A stretch of DNA of 36,305 nucleotides. Source: a virus (lineage: Duplodnaviria; Caudoviricetes). Both the position numbers and the translations under genes were made by a program. Below the pieces are notes generated by a model that had not been told where the DNA came from, did no database searches, and saw only the letters and a program-made list of their open reading frames with translations. This document shows, in pieces, positions 15,475 through 25,239 of this stretch. The stretch is from the IMG/VR virus record IMGVR_UViG_3300025803_000037, positions 1-36,305 of that record; one strand, written 5' to 3'. Each line of letters opens with the position of its first letter. Positions within the stretch are counted from its first letter, which is position 1.

Positions 15475-17573
15475 TACATTTCCTCGTTAACTTCTTGTTG
15501 CATTGCCCCAGTGTCCAGCAGCGTCAAGCCACCAAGAGACAGCAATGGTATCGACCCTTTCATAAATTTCTTAAACACTTCGTCTTTAGACTGTCCTAGC
15601 ATTTGAGACGTTACGTCCACGCGCTCATCAATTAACTCAACAATAGTTTTTGGCTCTGAGGCCAAGCCTGTTTTTTTGCCGTTGGCAAACCAGCTTAATG
15701 ATTGCGCTTCGGCTGGTCTTACACCAATTTTTTCAGCCACCTTCTTATATATGTCTGAAAATATAGCATACTCAGTTTGAGTTGGCTCGCCGTTAATTTT
15801 TTGCGTTGCCAACGTGTCATTAATCATTGTGGCTGGGTCAAGGCTTGATGGGTCAGCTAGATACTGGGCGCGCATTTCTTTTGTTGCTTTAGCATTTTTG
15901 CCCCCAATAAACTCAATGGGTATAGACCCCGGCTCAATTTCGTTCATTGCGTCAAAAACAGCACGAATTGCGTGTGTGTCGGCAGTAACGCCAGCCAGAT
16001 TTCCACTTACATTTTCAGCAAAAGTCGCTGGCTTGGGGTTTGTGTTAAAATTTAAACCATCGACAGCAGCTTCATCAACCAGCTTTTTATGTATCCCACC
16101 GGGGTTAATCATCATTGGATAACCCTTTTCATTGACGCCCTCACCGCCGGGGCCAATCATTTCTGTCAAATCAACGCCGCGTTTTTGTTTGGCGGTTACC
16201 AATGAGGCATTACGCAGATTTTGTTCAGTCATTGTGCGTGGGCTAGTAGCCGCATAATTTAACGCAAATTTCTTTAGTTGTTGCCGCGCCTCTTCTTCTG
16301 GGATGCCCAGTTCCACGGCCTTATCAATTAAAGGGCCGGTATGATAAAAATATTGCACATTAGAGCCAACTAATGGCCGCGCTCTGTCAGCCAAAACATC
16401 AGAAATTTTATCTGACATTTCTATTACTTTTGCGCCTCTGTTATTTAGAGGCAGCTTCACGCCTTCTGGCGCTCGCGGAACAGGGGTATCGCTTTGCTCT
16501 GGCATATTTAATTCATAAGGGCTTTGGTTGTCTCCGGGCTTTGTCTCTAAATTAAAAATCACATTATCAGTTGATGGCTGAACTCTTTGCCCAACAGGCA
16601 ATTTCATTTGTTCAGCCCTTAAATCAAGCACTGTTTTTAATTCGTCCTTGCCCCTAGCCAACTTGCCAGCCGCAGCTAACGCCGGGTCAATTACTTCCAT
16701 AGGATCAGCGCCAGACATAACGCGGTCAGTAATAGGCCCGCGCTCTGCCATCCGCGCCTCGGCTGACTGCCCCGCTTGGCTTATTGCCTCACCAACAACA
16801 GGCCCAAGTTCACGCGCTAACATCTCGCCGCCCTTGACTAAACCGCCGCCCATAGTGCCAGCAACGCCAGCAGTCAACGCAGTGCGCAGTGCGCCTGTTG
16901 CTGGGTCAATCTCTATCCCAGCTTTGCGCTCAACGCCCTGCGTTAGCTGGTCAGCAGCCCCAGCCTCAACGCCAGTATATACAGCGGCTGACGTGCCAGG
17001 GCGCTTTGCTATCTCAACTAATGCTTTTTTGATGCCAGTAGCCCCAGTCTTGCGAACCAAGAAACCAGCGCCTAATGTGCCAAAGCCAGTGTAAACGCTA
17101 GGGTCAGCAATCATACCGCGTATCATGCGAGCAGTGCCAGCTAGTGTAAAGTTAGGCAGTTGGTCATAACGATCCATAAGATAAACAAAAGACTTGGCTT
17201 GATCTTGTGAGCCGCTAGTCATTAAAGCTGCGGCCTGACCAATGGTGCCGGGCGAGCTAATGCCACTTTCGCCGGGGATGCCAGCCGGGCCAGCAAAGTT
17301 ATAATTAAACTCACCGATTGCATCTATGCCGTAGCGCGCCGCCATTTGATCGTCACCTTCAAACGGCTCACCCTCAAACAGCAAATGCACGTCACGCGCC
17401 GCTGCTGCAAACTGCGGATCAAGCAACAATTGCTTTTCAGTTACCTCTGGTGCCTCTGGCTGCACTGGGTCTGGCGGCGTATCCATTGATGGGATTTGCA
17501 GAACAGGCGGCGTGTCAACTATAACATTAGACGCAAACCTATCATCAAACGCTCTTGCAAAATCATCGGTCAT
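15474..17573 (-). CDS. Internal virion protein with a possible C-terminal enzymatic domain
   Basis: Position in the core-protein block, Gly/Ala-rich central segment, distinct globular C-terminal part. Confidence 0.65.
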   Translation of the reverse strand: MTDDFARAFDDRFASNVIVDTPPVLQIPSMDTPPDPVQPEAPEVTEKQLLLDPQFAAAARDVHLLFEGEPFEGDDQMAARYGIDAIGEFNYNFAGPAGIPGESGISSPGTIGQAAALMTSGSQDQAKSFVYLMDRYDQLPNFTLAGTARMIRGMIADPSVYTGFGTLGAGFLVRKTGATGIKKALVEIAKRPGTSAAVYTGVEAGAADQLTQGVERKAGIEIDPATGALRTALTAGVAGTMGGGLVKGGEMLARELGPVVGEAISQAGQSAEARMAERGPITDRVMSGADPMEVIDPALAAAGKLARGKDELKTVLDLRAEQMKLPVGQRVQPSTDNVIFNLETKPGDNQSPYELNMPEQSDTPVPRAPEGVKLPLNNRGAKVIEMSDKISDVLADRARPLVGSNVQYFYHTGPLIDKAVELGIPEEEARQQLKKFALNYAATSPRTMTEQNLRNASLVTAKQKRGVDLTEMIGPGGEGVNEKGYPMMINPGGIHKKLVDEAAVDGLNFNTNPKPATFAENVSGNLAGVTADTHAIRAVFDAMNEIEPGSIPIEFIGGKNAKATKEMRAQYLADPSSLDPATMINDTLATQKINGEPTQTEYAIFSDIYKKVAEKIGVRPAEAQSLSWFANGKKTGLASEPKTIVELIDERVDVTSQMLGQSKDEVFKKFMKGSIPLLSLGGLTLLDTGAMQQEVNEEM

Positions 17574-19339
17574 CGTAGAGCATCCCTTCTTTCAACAGCA
17601 CGGTTCATAGTGCTAATTCTAGATCTTACCAAATCCATTTGCGCAATCAATTTCCGGTCTTTCACACCTTTAGCGATTAAAGCGTCTCTTATGTCCTGTT
17701 CTGTTGTATCTTCGTCAATTAAAATATTAAGAGGTGTTTGCGCGCCTTCTGGCCCAAAGTCTCTAATAAAGTTAGTAACGGCAGCATTAACATCTTTTTG
17801 TTCATCACTGCGGCGATACTCTAGGTCAATTTCTTTTGCTATATCTAGTTTTGTTGGCATTAAAGTGACCCGCGTACTTTGCTCCCATTCTTGTATTCTT
17901 GCTGTGTATCTGTCGTCCAAAGTTCTTTCAAACTTAAAATATGCCTTGGATTGCTTTTGGCTTGCGTTTGACCCATCAACAATTTTAGCGTTACGCCGAA
18001 TAATCCGATCAACGGCTGTCGCTTCTGCTTTTACGTCTGTTTGTAAAAACGGCACAATTGAATAATAGTCCTTTGCGCCAACGCCAAGGGCATTTGCTTG
18101 CTGTTCTAAATCATCCATTGTTTGTATTTCGTTGCCCAGCACTCTGCGCTTTAATTCAAACATGCCAGCAAAATTTGACTTTGGGTCTTTGCTGGGATCA
18201 AGCGCCTTGTCTAGCGATGTGATAGATGATTGCGTTACAGCCTCTGGGTACAAAACGGCTAATGCCTGCAACTGATCAACCGCAGAGTTATACGCTGCGC
18301 CTTGGTAAGCGGTAGCCGCTAAGTCGGCCATTGTTGTTTGTATGCGCTGCACTTCTTTTTTAGCATTAGCAAGGCCAAGGTCTTTAGCAACCTTATTGTC
18401 AGCGATACGAGCATCGCGCTGTTTTCTAACTAAGTCGCGAACACCAGCTTTTTCTTTATCGTCAAGGACGCCATACAAGCTGGTGAACCTATCGCCAAAA
18501 TCACCTTTTAAAGCGCGGCGCGTGTTTTTGCTTGATTGCCCGGCCCAGTCGGCTAGGACGTTTTGATATTGCTCAGTCACAATATCTCTAATTTTAGTAC
18601 CGGCACTTTCTATAAACGCAGCATCACCAGTCTCAATGATTGCGTTATTTGCAACTTTTAGCTGTGTAGCAATTGTTCCGGTCGTAACACCAATGTCGCC
18701 AGCGTGGTTTAACAAAACACGTTTTACAATATTAGGCAGCTTGTCAAGTTCTGCATTTGCCCGGTCTTTTGTAAGGGCTTGGGCTATTTTAAAACTATGC
18801 TCAAGGCCTGATTTATATGTGGCCGCAGATAGCGTGTTCGCAGTCGCGTTATACTTTAGCGCAGCCTCTGGGTCTACGCCCGCGATTATTTCGCTATGGC
18901 CGTTAATCATAGCAGTTAAATCATTGCGCATAGATTGCGGGTTAAAGTTGGGGTCGCCGCCCTCAATCATTGCATTATAGACAGCAAGCTTTGATGTTAG
19001 CTGCGTTTGCAACTCAGTCGATAACTGGGTTGCGGTGGCCGCAGTTGTTACTGCACCAAACACTGTGTCAGGGTCGCCGACAACTTCACTCATGTCTCTG
19101 CCATCAGCAAGGGCTTGCTCAATTTGTTCAGCAGTTACTGGGTTCTCAAACGCATACTGCATCGCTTCGCGTTGTGTCTGGGCAACCTGTTTTTTGTACA
19201 AATAATCAGTCATGCTATTGAGGCCTTTAGTAACAGCATCAATTGCGCGAGCCTTAGCAGCGCCTGTCGCAACAAAGTCAACAGTCGGCACTGACGGTAT
19301 GCCTACACCTAAAGGTCTGTATTTTGGTAGCTCTGCCAT
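17570..19339 (-). CDS. Internal virion protein
   Basis: 589-aa helical protein starting MAELPKY, in the core-protein block. Confidence 0.65.
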   Translation of the reverse strand: MAELPKYRPLGVGIPSVPTVDFVATGAAKARAIDAVTKGLNSMTDYLYKKQVAQTQREAMQYAFENPVTAEQIEQALADGRDMSEVVGDPDTVFGAVTTAATATQLSTELQTQLTSKLAVYNAMIEGGDPNFNPQSMRNDLTAMINGHSEIIAGVDPEAALKYNATANTLSAATYKSGLEHSFKIAQALTKDRANAELDKLPNIVKRVLLNHAGDIGVTTGTIATQLKVANNAIIETGDAAFIESAGTKIRDIVTEQYQNVLADWAGQSSKNTRRALKGDFGDRFTSLYGVLDDKEKAGVRDLVRKQRDARIADNKVAKDLGLANAKKEVQRIQTTMADLAATAYQGAAYNSAVDQLQALAVLYPEAVTQSSITSLDKALDPSKDPKSNFAGMFELKRRVLGNEIQTMDDLEQQANALGVGAKDYYSIVPFLQTDVKAEATAVDRIIRRNAKIVDGSNASQKQSKAYFKFERTLDDRYTARIQEWEQSTRVTLMPTKLDIAKEIDLEYRRSDEQKDVNAAVTNFIRDFGPEGAQTPLNILIDEDTTEQDIRDALIAKGVKDRKLIAQMDLVRSRISTMNRAVERRDALR

Positions 19340-19872
19340 TACCCGCCGTATCCTCTAAAGCCTGCCCTTGACACCGTTGCTGACTGACCAGCTTGCAGCC
19401 CAGTGCTGCCGCCAGCGGGTGCGCCGCCCAGTGACATACCCATCATAGCGCCCTGCATTATTGTGCCAAATGCTTGCGCTCTTGATGCAGATATTGCTGA
19501 CTTTGCTTGAGACATATATTGCATTGCCTGCGCTTCGCCAGTGCCAAAGGCAATCTGTTCGCCGTCACGGCTTATATAAAGTTCGTTTGCGCCTTTTTTC
19601 TCAGCATACAAAGCCAAAGCCTTGGCGCTGCCACTGAATGGGTCAATCCCACCGGCTGCTGCTCTTGCGTTGATTGCTGCCTTTGTCGCTAAAATATTGT
19701 CCATAACGGCGGCACCTTGCTGCCTATACTTTAACGCCTCGCCGCGAGCCTGCACTTTTCTAAATGCTGCTTGCCTTGCCAGACCGCTAGCTTGCGCCTT
19801 GCCAGCTTTTAGTTGCTGGCTTGCGGTTAAAGCCGTCATTCCGGCAATCAAAAATGGGATAGCCTGTGCCAT
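19339..19872 (-). CDS. Small internal virion protein (T7 gp14-like position)
   Basis: Ala/Gly/Gln-rich, ARAAAGGID..SGS motif, directly after tail tubular B. Confidence 0.65.
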   Translation of the reverse strand: MAQAIPFLIAGMTALTASQQLKAGKAQASGLARQAAFRKVQARGEALKYRQQGAAVMDNILATKAAINARAAAGGIDPFSGSAKALALYAEKKGANELYISRDGEQIAFGTGEAQAMQYMSQAKSAISASRAQAFGTIMQGAMMGMSLGGAPAGGSTGLQAGQSATVSRAGFRGYGG

Positions 19873-19873
19873 A

Positions 19874-22228
19874 TTACTGTCCTACACTCACTTTATAATC
19901 AATGCCCAGCAGTGTCATTTTTAATGGCACTTCTTGGCCGATTGTTATTTGTCCATCATAAGTATAACCCAAAAGACCGTGCAATGTCTTGATGCCTGTG
20001 TACTCCGGCACTGCGCTGCCAAACACATTTGCGCCAAACTGGCGAAACGCGATTAACTTATTGTCGATTGTAAGCGACTGTGTTTCAAACAACTCGGCGT
20101 TTACCTCAAAGATGCGCTTCTTAAAGCCCTTTATTGAGCCGCTGGGCAGGTTTGGTTCAACCGGCAGTGTCTTTACCTCTGGCGTAAAGTTAAGGCCAAC
20201 CTCGTGGCTTGTAGACGCCGCAGTGGCAAAGGTAACGGTGAATGGGCTAATGCCCACAACTTGATCAGGCTCAACGATGCCATCGCGGATTACCTTAACG
20301 GTGTCGCCTTCTAGATGGCTCATGTCCACAGATGACGCCGCGCCGCCAACAACTGAACAATCAAGCAATGCGTTTGCATCAAATATTTCAACATAATATC
20401 TGTCAGTCGCAGAAACCGTAAAATCAACGTCAGTAAGTCTGACAGCATCGCTTGATGTGATTGTTAAATTGCTACCACCAGTAACCTTGCGAGTTATACT
20501 AACAACATTGGCCGCAGGGTTGGGCGCGTCATACCCAGCAACTGAGTTGATAGCTGTGGCTAAATTGTCTGCGACTTGATCGTTTGTAAGAGAGCCGCCA
20601 ACTTGAAACTGCAAGTCATTAGCCGGGGTGCCGGTAACAGCCGTAAATGTTGTTGACGTGCCAGCGTTGTCAGTCAAGACAACGGTTTCGCTGTTTGCAA
20701 TATTTGCAGCGTCAGTCACAGTAATCGTAGCAGTGGCATAAGGAGCAATAGTGCGCTTCACAACAGTGTATATGTCGTCAACGTCAACGCCAATATTTAA
20801 GAACTCTCCATCAGTTGTCCACTCTGACGGCGCAATAACATTTTGGCTTCGCAGCAACGTGTAACAAGCAATGCTGCCATCTTCGCCATTTACCAGCATT
20901 AGCCGGTCACCCTCGTCAGTTGACGTGGCAACGCGCACCGCCATTTCCTCTGGCGTCTTTAATAGATGCGATGACAGCAGCGAGATCTTAGCTGATGTGT
21001 ACGCTTGCACTGCGTCACTAAAAATAAACTCTTGGATAGCCTTGCCCTGCCTTTGAATAAACAAGGTTGAGCCGTCTACGTTTTGCAACCGAATGCCGGG
21101 TTTGCTGCCAAACGCAGTCTGCTGTTTGACGATTAGATTACTAGGCGTGATGGGCGTGTCTAGTGTTTGCGGCACATAGAACTCAGCGCCGGTCGTAAAG
21201 ATCTGCAAGTGACGACCAGAAAAGATATCAACAATTGCATTAAATGTGCCGGTGTCTAATGTTGCCTCAACCGCCGCATCATCAAGAGCCTCGCCAGGGT
21301 CAAAGTTAAAGAAGGTCGCAACCCTCGATCCAAAGATAGTTGATGGCCGTTGTTTAGTTCCACCAAAATACAACCGGCCTTCGTGGAATGTTACGCTGCG
21401 TGGGTATCCCCGGCTAGACGACCACACCTCTTCATAGCCACTTTCAAACTCCCAGTCAGCGTCATCAATGTTACTGGTGTCAAACAAAGGCACCTCAGCA
21501 AAACATTCTAGCTTGGCCGCTGATACCCTACGCACAATCCGCAATCGACCAAATGGCGTCACGTTTATATATTGCCCAATGTAGCTGGCGGCAGCACTGG
21601 TAAATATATTAGCGTCTGATCCGCTGTGCTTTGCTGTTAGTGTCAGGTTGCCAGATGCAGCAGACGGCTCTAGGTGGTCATGTGCCACACCAGTGTTATA
21701 TGCGGTTCCGGCAGTTACACTTAAAGTAAAAGCATACTTAGGCACAAAATCAAATGTGATTGTGCTGGCTGTCCAGTTTGTGTCGCCTGCGCCACGCACA
21801 ATCTTTGTCGGCGGCAGGTCTGGATGCACTACAATAACGGTGTCGGCAGACTGCACCCAATTCATCTCCGGCAAAATAGAGCTAGTCAAACTAGCCACAG
21901 CTAAAAAATCATCGCCGCTGCCGTTGATGTTTTTGATTAACGCACCGTCTTTGAAAACGTACATCTTACTGGGTGTGAAAACCAACATATAGCTGTCGCT
22001 GACACTAAACTCAAACGACACCATTCGCACAGCGTTAGCCGCGCCGCTATCTAATTCTTCAACAAACTTAGTGCCATCACGCCGCTTGGCACCGCCCTGC
22101 GGCTGGATGCTTACATTACGCGCTGTTGATAGGCCAGACTTATACTGACTGATGTCAGTACGCGACCGCAGCTTTGGATCTAGCTCGCCAGCGGTAAAAT
22201 CATTCTGGATCTGGATGATGCGGCTCAT
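19874..22228 (-). CDS. Tail tubular protein B / nozzle
   Basis: Q.DFTAGELDP.L..R.D...Y, NV.IQPQGGA.RR.GT.F and GYP.SVTFHEGRL.FGG motifs. Confidence 0.88.
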   Translation of the reverse strand: MSRIIQIQNDFTAGELDPKLRSRTDISQYKSGLSTARNVSIQPQGGAKRRDGTKFVEELDSGAANAVRMVSFEFSVSDSYMLVFTPSKMYVFKDGALIKNINGSGDDFLAVASLTSSILPEMNWVQSADTVIVVHPDLPPTKIVRGAGDTNWTASTITFDFVPKYAFTLSVTAGTAYNTGVAHDHLEPSAASGNLTLTAKHSGSDANIFTSAAASYIGQYINVTPFGRLRIVRRVSAAKLECFAEVPLFDTSNIDDADWEFESGYEEVWSSSRGYPRSVTFHEGRLYFGGTKQRPSTIFGSRVATFFNFDPGEALDDAAVEATLDTGTFNAIVDIFSGRHLQIFTTGAEFYVPQTLDTPITPSNLIVKQQTAFGSKPGIRLQNVDGSTLFIQRQGKAIQEFIFSDAVQAYTSAKISLLSSHLLKTPEEMAVRVATSTDEGDRLMLVNGEDGSIACYTLLRSQNVIAPSEWTTDGEFLNIGVDVDDIYTVVKRTIAPYATATITVTDAANIANSETVVLTDNAGTSTTFTAVTGTPANDLQFQVGGSLTNDQVADNLATAINSVAGYDAPNPAANVVSITRKVTGGSNLTITSSDAVRLTDVDFTVSATDRYYVEIFDANALLDCSVVGGAASSVDMSHLEGDTVKVIRDGIVEPDQVVGISPFTVTFATAASTSHEVGLNFTPEVKTLPVEPNLPSGSIKGFKKRIFEVNAELFETQSLTIDNKLIAFRQFGANVFGSAVPEYTGIKTLHGLLGYTYDGQITIGQEVPLKMTLLGIDYKVSVGQ

Positions 22229-22229
22229 G

Positions 22230-22844
22230 CTAGAACCTTATATCTGAAATCGGGAACTCTTGTATTTGCTGTGCCGGGCGGTCAGCGCCGTCAATGTTAA
22301 TAGACACACGCACCAAACCACCGCGCATATTTTCAGACGGTGACCCATAAGCCTTTGCGTGATAATAATCAGCCTTGGCTATCTGGTCGGTAACCGGCTC
22401 GGCAAACTCAGCGGCCAACGCCATCTTTAACAGACGCACAAAATACGGCGGGAATATTGCTGGCTCTGGCCGGAACTGGTAGTCAATCCAAACTGTTTCG
22501 TAATTAGTGTAAAGGCCAAGATTATAAAGCTCAAAATCGCGAACCGTATTTGAACCAACAGAGCTTGTGTTAAACACAGCCTTTGGGTTGCCCAGTATAT
22601 CGCCGGGCAGCGCGTAGGCGTATTTCCATTCATTGATTGGGGTGCTGGCAAGCTGCGCTAACTGCACTTTCTGCACAGACCAAGAATACGCATATTGCAT
22701 TAACAGAGTATCGCGAACATCGTCATAGAGGCGATCAGCGACCTGCGCTTCATCGGTGCCGGTTGCAAATGATGATAAAGGCGCTGCGCCCAACATAATC
22801 AAAGCATCAGAACAGATTGATAGTTTGGTATCACCAGCCGCCAT
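22230..22844 (-). CDS. Tail tubular protein A / adaptor
   Basis: ICS.AL..LGA.P, Y..VRD.LL..Y.W and W.YAY.LP.D motifs. Confidence 0.85.
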   Translation of the reverse strand: MAAGDTKLSICSDALIMLGAAPLSSFATGTDEAQVADRLYDDVRDTLLMQYAYSWSVQKVQLAQLASTPINEWKYAYALPGDILGNPKAVFNTSSVGSNTVRDFELYNLGLYTNYETVWIDYQFRPEPAIFPPYFVRLLKMALAAEFAEPVTDQIAKADYYHAKAYGSPSENMRGGLVRVSINIDGADRPAQQIQEFPISDIRF

Positions 22845-22861
22845 TGCGCTACTCCAGAATA

Positions 22862-22888
22862 GGGAAAGGGGGCCGGTTGCCCGGCCCC
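22862..22888 (-). terminator. Hairpin/terminator after the capsid genes
   Basis: GGGGCCGG-GCAA-CCGGCCCC followed by a short pyrimidine tail CTTTCCCT on the minus strand. Confidence 0.65.
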
Positions 22889-22895
22889 ACTTAAA

Positions 22896-23168
22896 TTAGT
22901 CTGCGTCACCCATTGCGATGGCGGTGCCATCGGTAACGTCAACAACACCAGCCGAATTTGATGCAACCATAACAATTGACATTGTTGGGGTCGCGCTGTC
23001 GTGAACAAAGATGATGTCGCCAACTGCCACTGTGTCTGACAGTGTGTTGAAATAACCTTCGGTGTTCACAGCATCAATCGCGTCTGCTGATGTGTAGGTG
23101 TACATTGATGGTGCGTTGCCAGATTTAGCTGCACCGATCACGTTCCAACCTGCTGAAGAGAAAGCCAT
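22896..23168 (-). CDS. Capsid-associated (decoration-like) protein
   Basis: 90 aa, strong AAAGGAG RBS, between the capsid gene and the terminator. Confidence 0.6.
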   Translation of the reverse strand: MAFSSAGWNVIGAAKSGNAPSMYTYTSADAIDAVNTEGYFNTLSDTVAVGDIIFVHDSATPTMSIVMVASNSAGVVDVTDGTAIAMGDAD

Positions 23169-23182
23169 TACTAATCTCCTTT

Positions 23183-24016
23183 CTATTCAGTCGCTGAGAT
23201 TTTGACAATACCATCGTCATCAATGGCAACCGCACCAGCGGAGAACATTGAAGAAACGAGGAATGACGTTTTCTCAGGAACGTAGTTGATTTCAGACTTT
23301 TGGTTCATGCCAATGCCCATACCGATTGCATCGCGATGGAACGCAAAGCAAGTGCGGGTTGATGGGATAGGCAGGCCACCTTCATCACGATCACCTAATG
23401 TGATAAATTTAAAGCCGAGGAAAGTGTCGATCTCGCCTGTTGAGAGAGCCTTCACAGTAGCAAAATCGCTGCTGGTGAGTTCTGTCTCATCAAGCAATGC
23501 TGACAAGCCGTTTGCGTGAATAATCATGCAGCGACCTTCTGCTGGCACGTTCTTCACATCCAGAGCCTTTTTAGCTGCAAGCAGCTTTGCAAGGTTCATG
23601 TTTGTGCCAGAACCACCAACAGTTGTTGCAACGGTTGACGGTGAGGAAGCTGCATTGAGCGCGTCAATAACAAGCTGATCCATACGGCGACCGATAGCTG
23701 CGCCAACTACTTGCACCAATTCCCGGCGCTCGTCAAAGTTGACTTTTTGCTGGTTAAAAATGTCTGAATACTCAGCAGCAATGAAATCTGACATTGTTGC
23801 TGTGACTTGTGAGTAAGTCACGTTCAGAGGTGTAACGTCAGTTTGCGGTACGCGAACTGTTGCGGTTCCTTTCCCGATCTTCGGGAACTTCACCTGATTG
23901 CCTTCGACACTTGTTCTTTCGCGAGTAACGCCAGCCAAAGCACGAGATGCTTGATATGCCTGCTTCACTTCCGCATCGAACAACTGCACAAAAGCGTTGG
24001 AAATGCCTACAGCCAT
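23183..24016 (-). CDS. Major capsid protein
   Basis: FVQLFDAEVKQAYQ, AIGRRMDQLVIDAL, FLGFKF and INYVPEKTSFLV. Follows the scaffold gene and has a dedicated promoter. Confidence 0.92.
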   Translation of the reverse strand: MAVGISNAFVQLFDAEVKQAYQASRALAGVTRERTSVEGNQVKFPKIGKGTATVRVPQTDVTPLNVTYSQVTATMSDFIAAEYSDIFNQQKVNFDERRELVQVVGAAIGRRMDQLVIDALNAASSPSTVATTVGGSGTNMNLAKLLAAKKALDVKNVPAEGRCMIIHANGLSALLDETELTSSDFATVKALSTGEIDTFLGFKFITLGDRDEGGLPIPSTRTCFAFHRDAIGMGIGMNQKSEINYVPEKTSFLVSSMFSAGAVAIDDDGIVKISATE

Positions 24017-24047
24017 TTTCCTATTCCTTTGTCAAAGTTAAAACACG

Positions 24048-24141
24048 ATTAGCGCCTAGCAGGTATCCTTTCGGGCTGCGGCTTGGGCATACACGCTACG
24101 CCCCCAAGCGTTTGCGACAGGTCGAAAGACGATTGTCTGTC
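24048..24141 (-). ncRNA. Putative structured 5' leader RNA of the capsid mRNA
   Basis: Three consecutive stems on the minus strand: GACAG/CTGTC with inner GTC/GAC, GCTTGGG/CCCAAGC, and GCAG/CTGC with a GAAA-capped inner stem. Confidence 0.45.
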
Positions 24142-24148
24142 AATAGGG

Positions 24149-24177
24149 ATTATATGTAAAAAAGAGAGAACTGTAAA
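24149..24177 (-). promoter_or_regulatory. Sigma70-type promoter for the major capsid gene
   Basis: TTTACA-N17-TATAAT on the minus strand. Confidence 0.8.
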
Positions 24178-24187
24178 CAGTTCCCTC
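24158..24187 (-). terminator. Intrinsic terminator after the scaffold gene
   Basis: GAGGGAACTG-TTTA-CAGTTCTCTC followed by TTTTTT. Confidence 0.8.
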
Positions 24188-24194
24188 TTGACCT

Positions 24195-24971
24195 TTATGT
24201 TGGCGAGTATTCGTCACTGCCAAAAGCCTGCTCAAACATTTTCTCAACCTTTATTCTGTAGCTTGGATCTGTTTGATATTCTGGCTTTCCGACCATTGCC
24301 ATCAACTCTTCTTTTGATGGCGCACCGGCCATAGGCGCAACGTCTACCGGGATAGCCTTGTCGCCGTAATAGCTGCGAACCTTTTGCAAAGCTCTCATGC
24401 CCTCGGCTGTACCACCCATAATCTTGAACTCTTCAAAGTCAGTCTCAGACCAAACGCCCTTGCGAACTAGGCTTGATGCCCAGTCAGACATTGACTTAAT
24501 TATTGCGTCAGCATTGTTGCCCAGTTTTTCATATTCTTCTTTATATGAAATCTCGGCTTCTTGTGCCTCATCACCGGCCATAGAAATAAACTTACCAGCA
24601 AGCTCTTCAAACGCCGACTGGCTGATGCCGTTTTCTTTAGCCCAGTCTCTGTATACTGTGTAAAGCTCGTCATCCTCTGGAATGCCAGCCTCGGCAAATA
24701 CGGCTTCATCGTATTCCTCTGGGGCTTTGTGCTTTCCTTGGCTAAACTTTTTCTGCAACTCAGAATAAGCCTTTGCCAAATCTTCGCCGGTATTAAACTT
24801 CTCGGGCAACCACTCAGGCTTTCCTTCTTCGGTTGCCGCCTCTGACGCTACTGCGTCACTAGATACAGTCTCGCCGTCAGGCTTAACGTGTGAGATTGCT
24901 TCTTCTGCTTGCTGCTGGTTATCGTCACTCTCAATTTGAGCATCGGCCAGCAGACCATCAGTTTCGTTCAT
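24195..24971 (-). CDS. Capsid scaffolding protein
   Basis: Acidic, KPEWLPEKF...LAKAYSELQKK motif, between portal and capsid. Confidence 0.85.
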   Translation of the reverse strand: MNETDGLLADAQIESDDNQQQAEEAISHVKPDGETVSSDAVASEAATEEGKPEWLPEKFNTGEDLAKAYSELQKKFSQGKHKAPEEYDEAVFAEAGIPEDDELYTVYRDWAKENGISQSAFEELAGKFISMAGDEAQEAEISYKEEYEKLGNNADAIIKSMSDWASSLVRKGVWSETDFEEFKIMGGTAEGMRALQKVRSYYGDKAIPVDVAPMAGAPSKEELMAMVGKPEYQTDPSYRIKVEKMFEQAFGSDEYSPT

Positions 24972-25237
24972 AGTGATCTCGCTCTTTTCATGCGCCGCTC
25001 AATTTCCCTGACCAGACTGTTCTGGCCTTCGCGAGCATAGCCGTGGCTGGCTTCTTCGCCGGGATACCACGTTGGCTGCTCTATCGTCAGTGCGCGTAGA
25101 TGAGTGAGCAGCTTTGCCCCATCGTCACTGGCGAATACGCGCAAATAAAGACGATCAATGTCGTCCTTATCTACCTGCTGTTTTTCTGCAATCTTTGGAT
25201 CTACAGAACGTAGACCATCCCAACCTTCTGGGTTCAT
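24968..25237 (-). CDS. Conserved small protein downstream of portal (Bbp19-like)
   Basis: VF.S.DG.KLL..L and REGQNSLV..I motifs. Confidence 0.65.
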   Translation of the reverse strand: MNPEGWDGLRSVDPKIAEKQQVDKDDIDRLYLRVFASDDGAKLLTHLRALTIEQPTWYPGEEASHGYAREGQNSLVREIERRMKRARSL

Positions 25238-25239
25238 TC

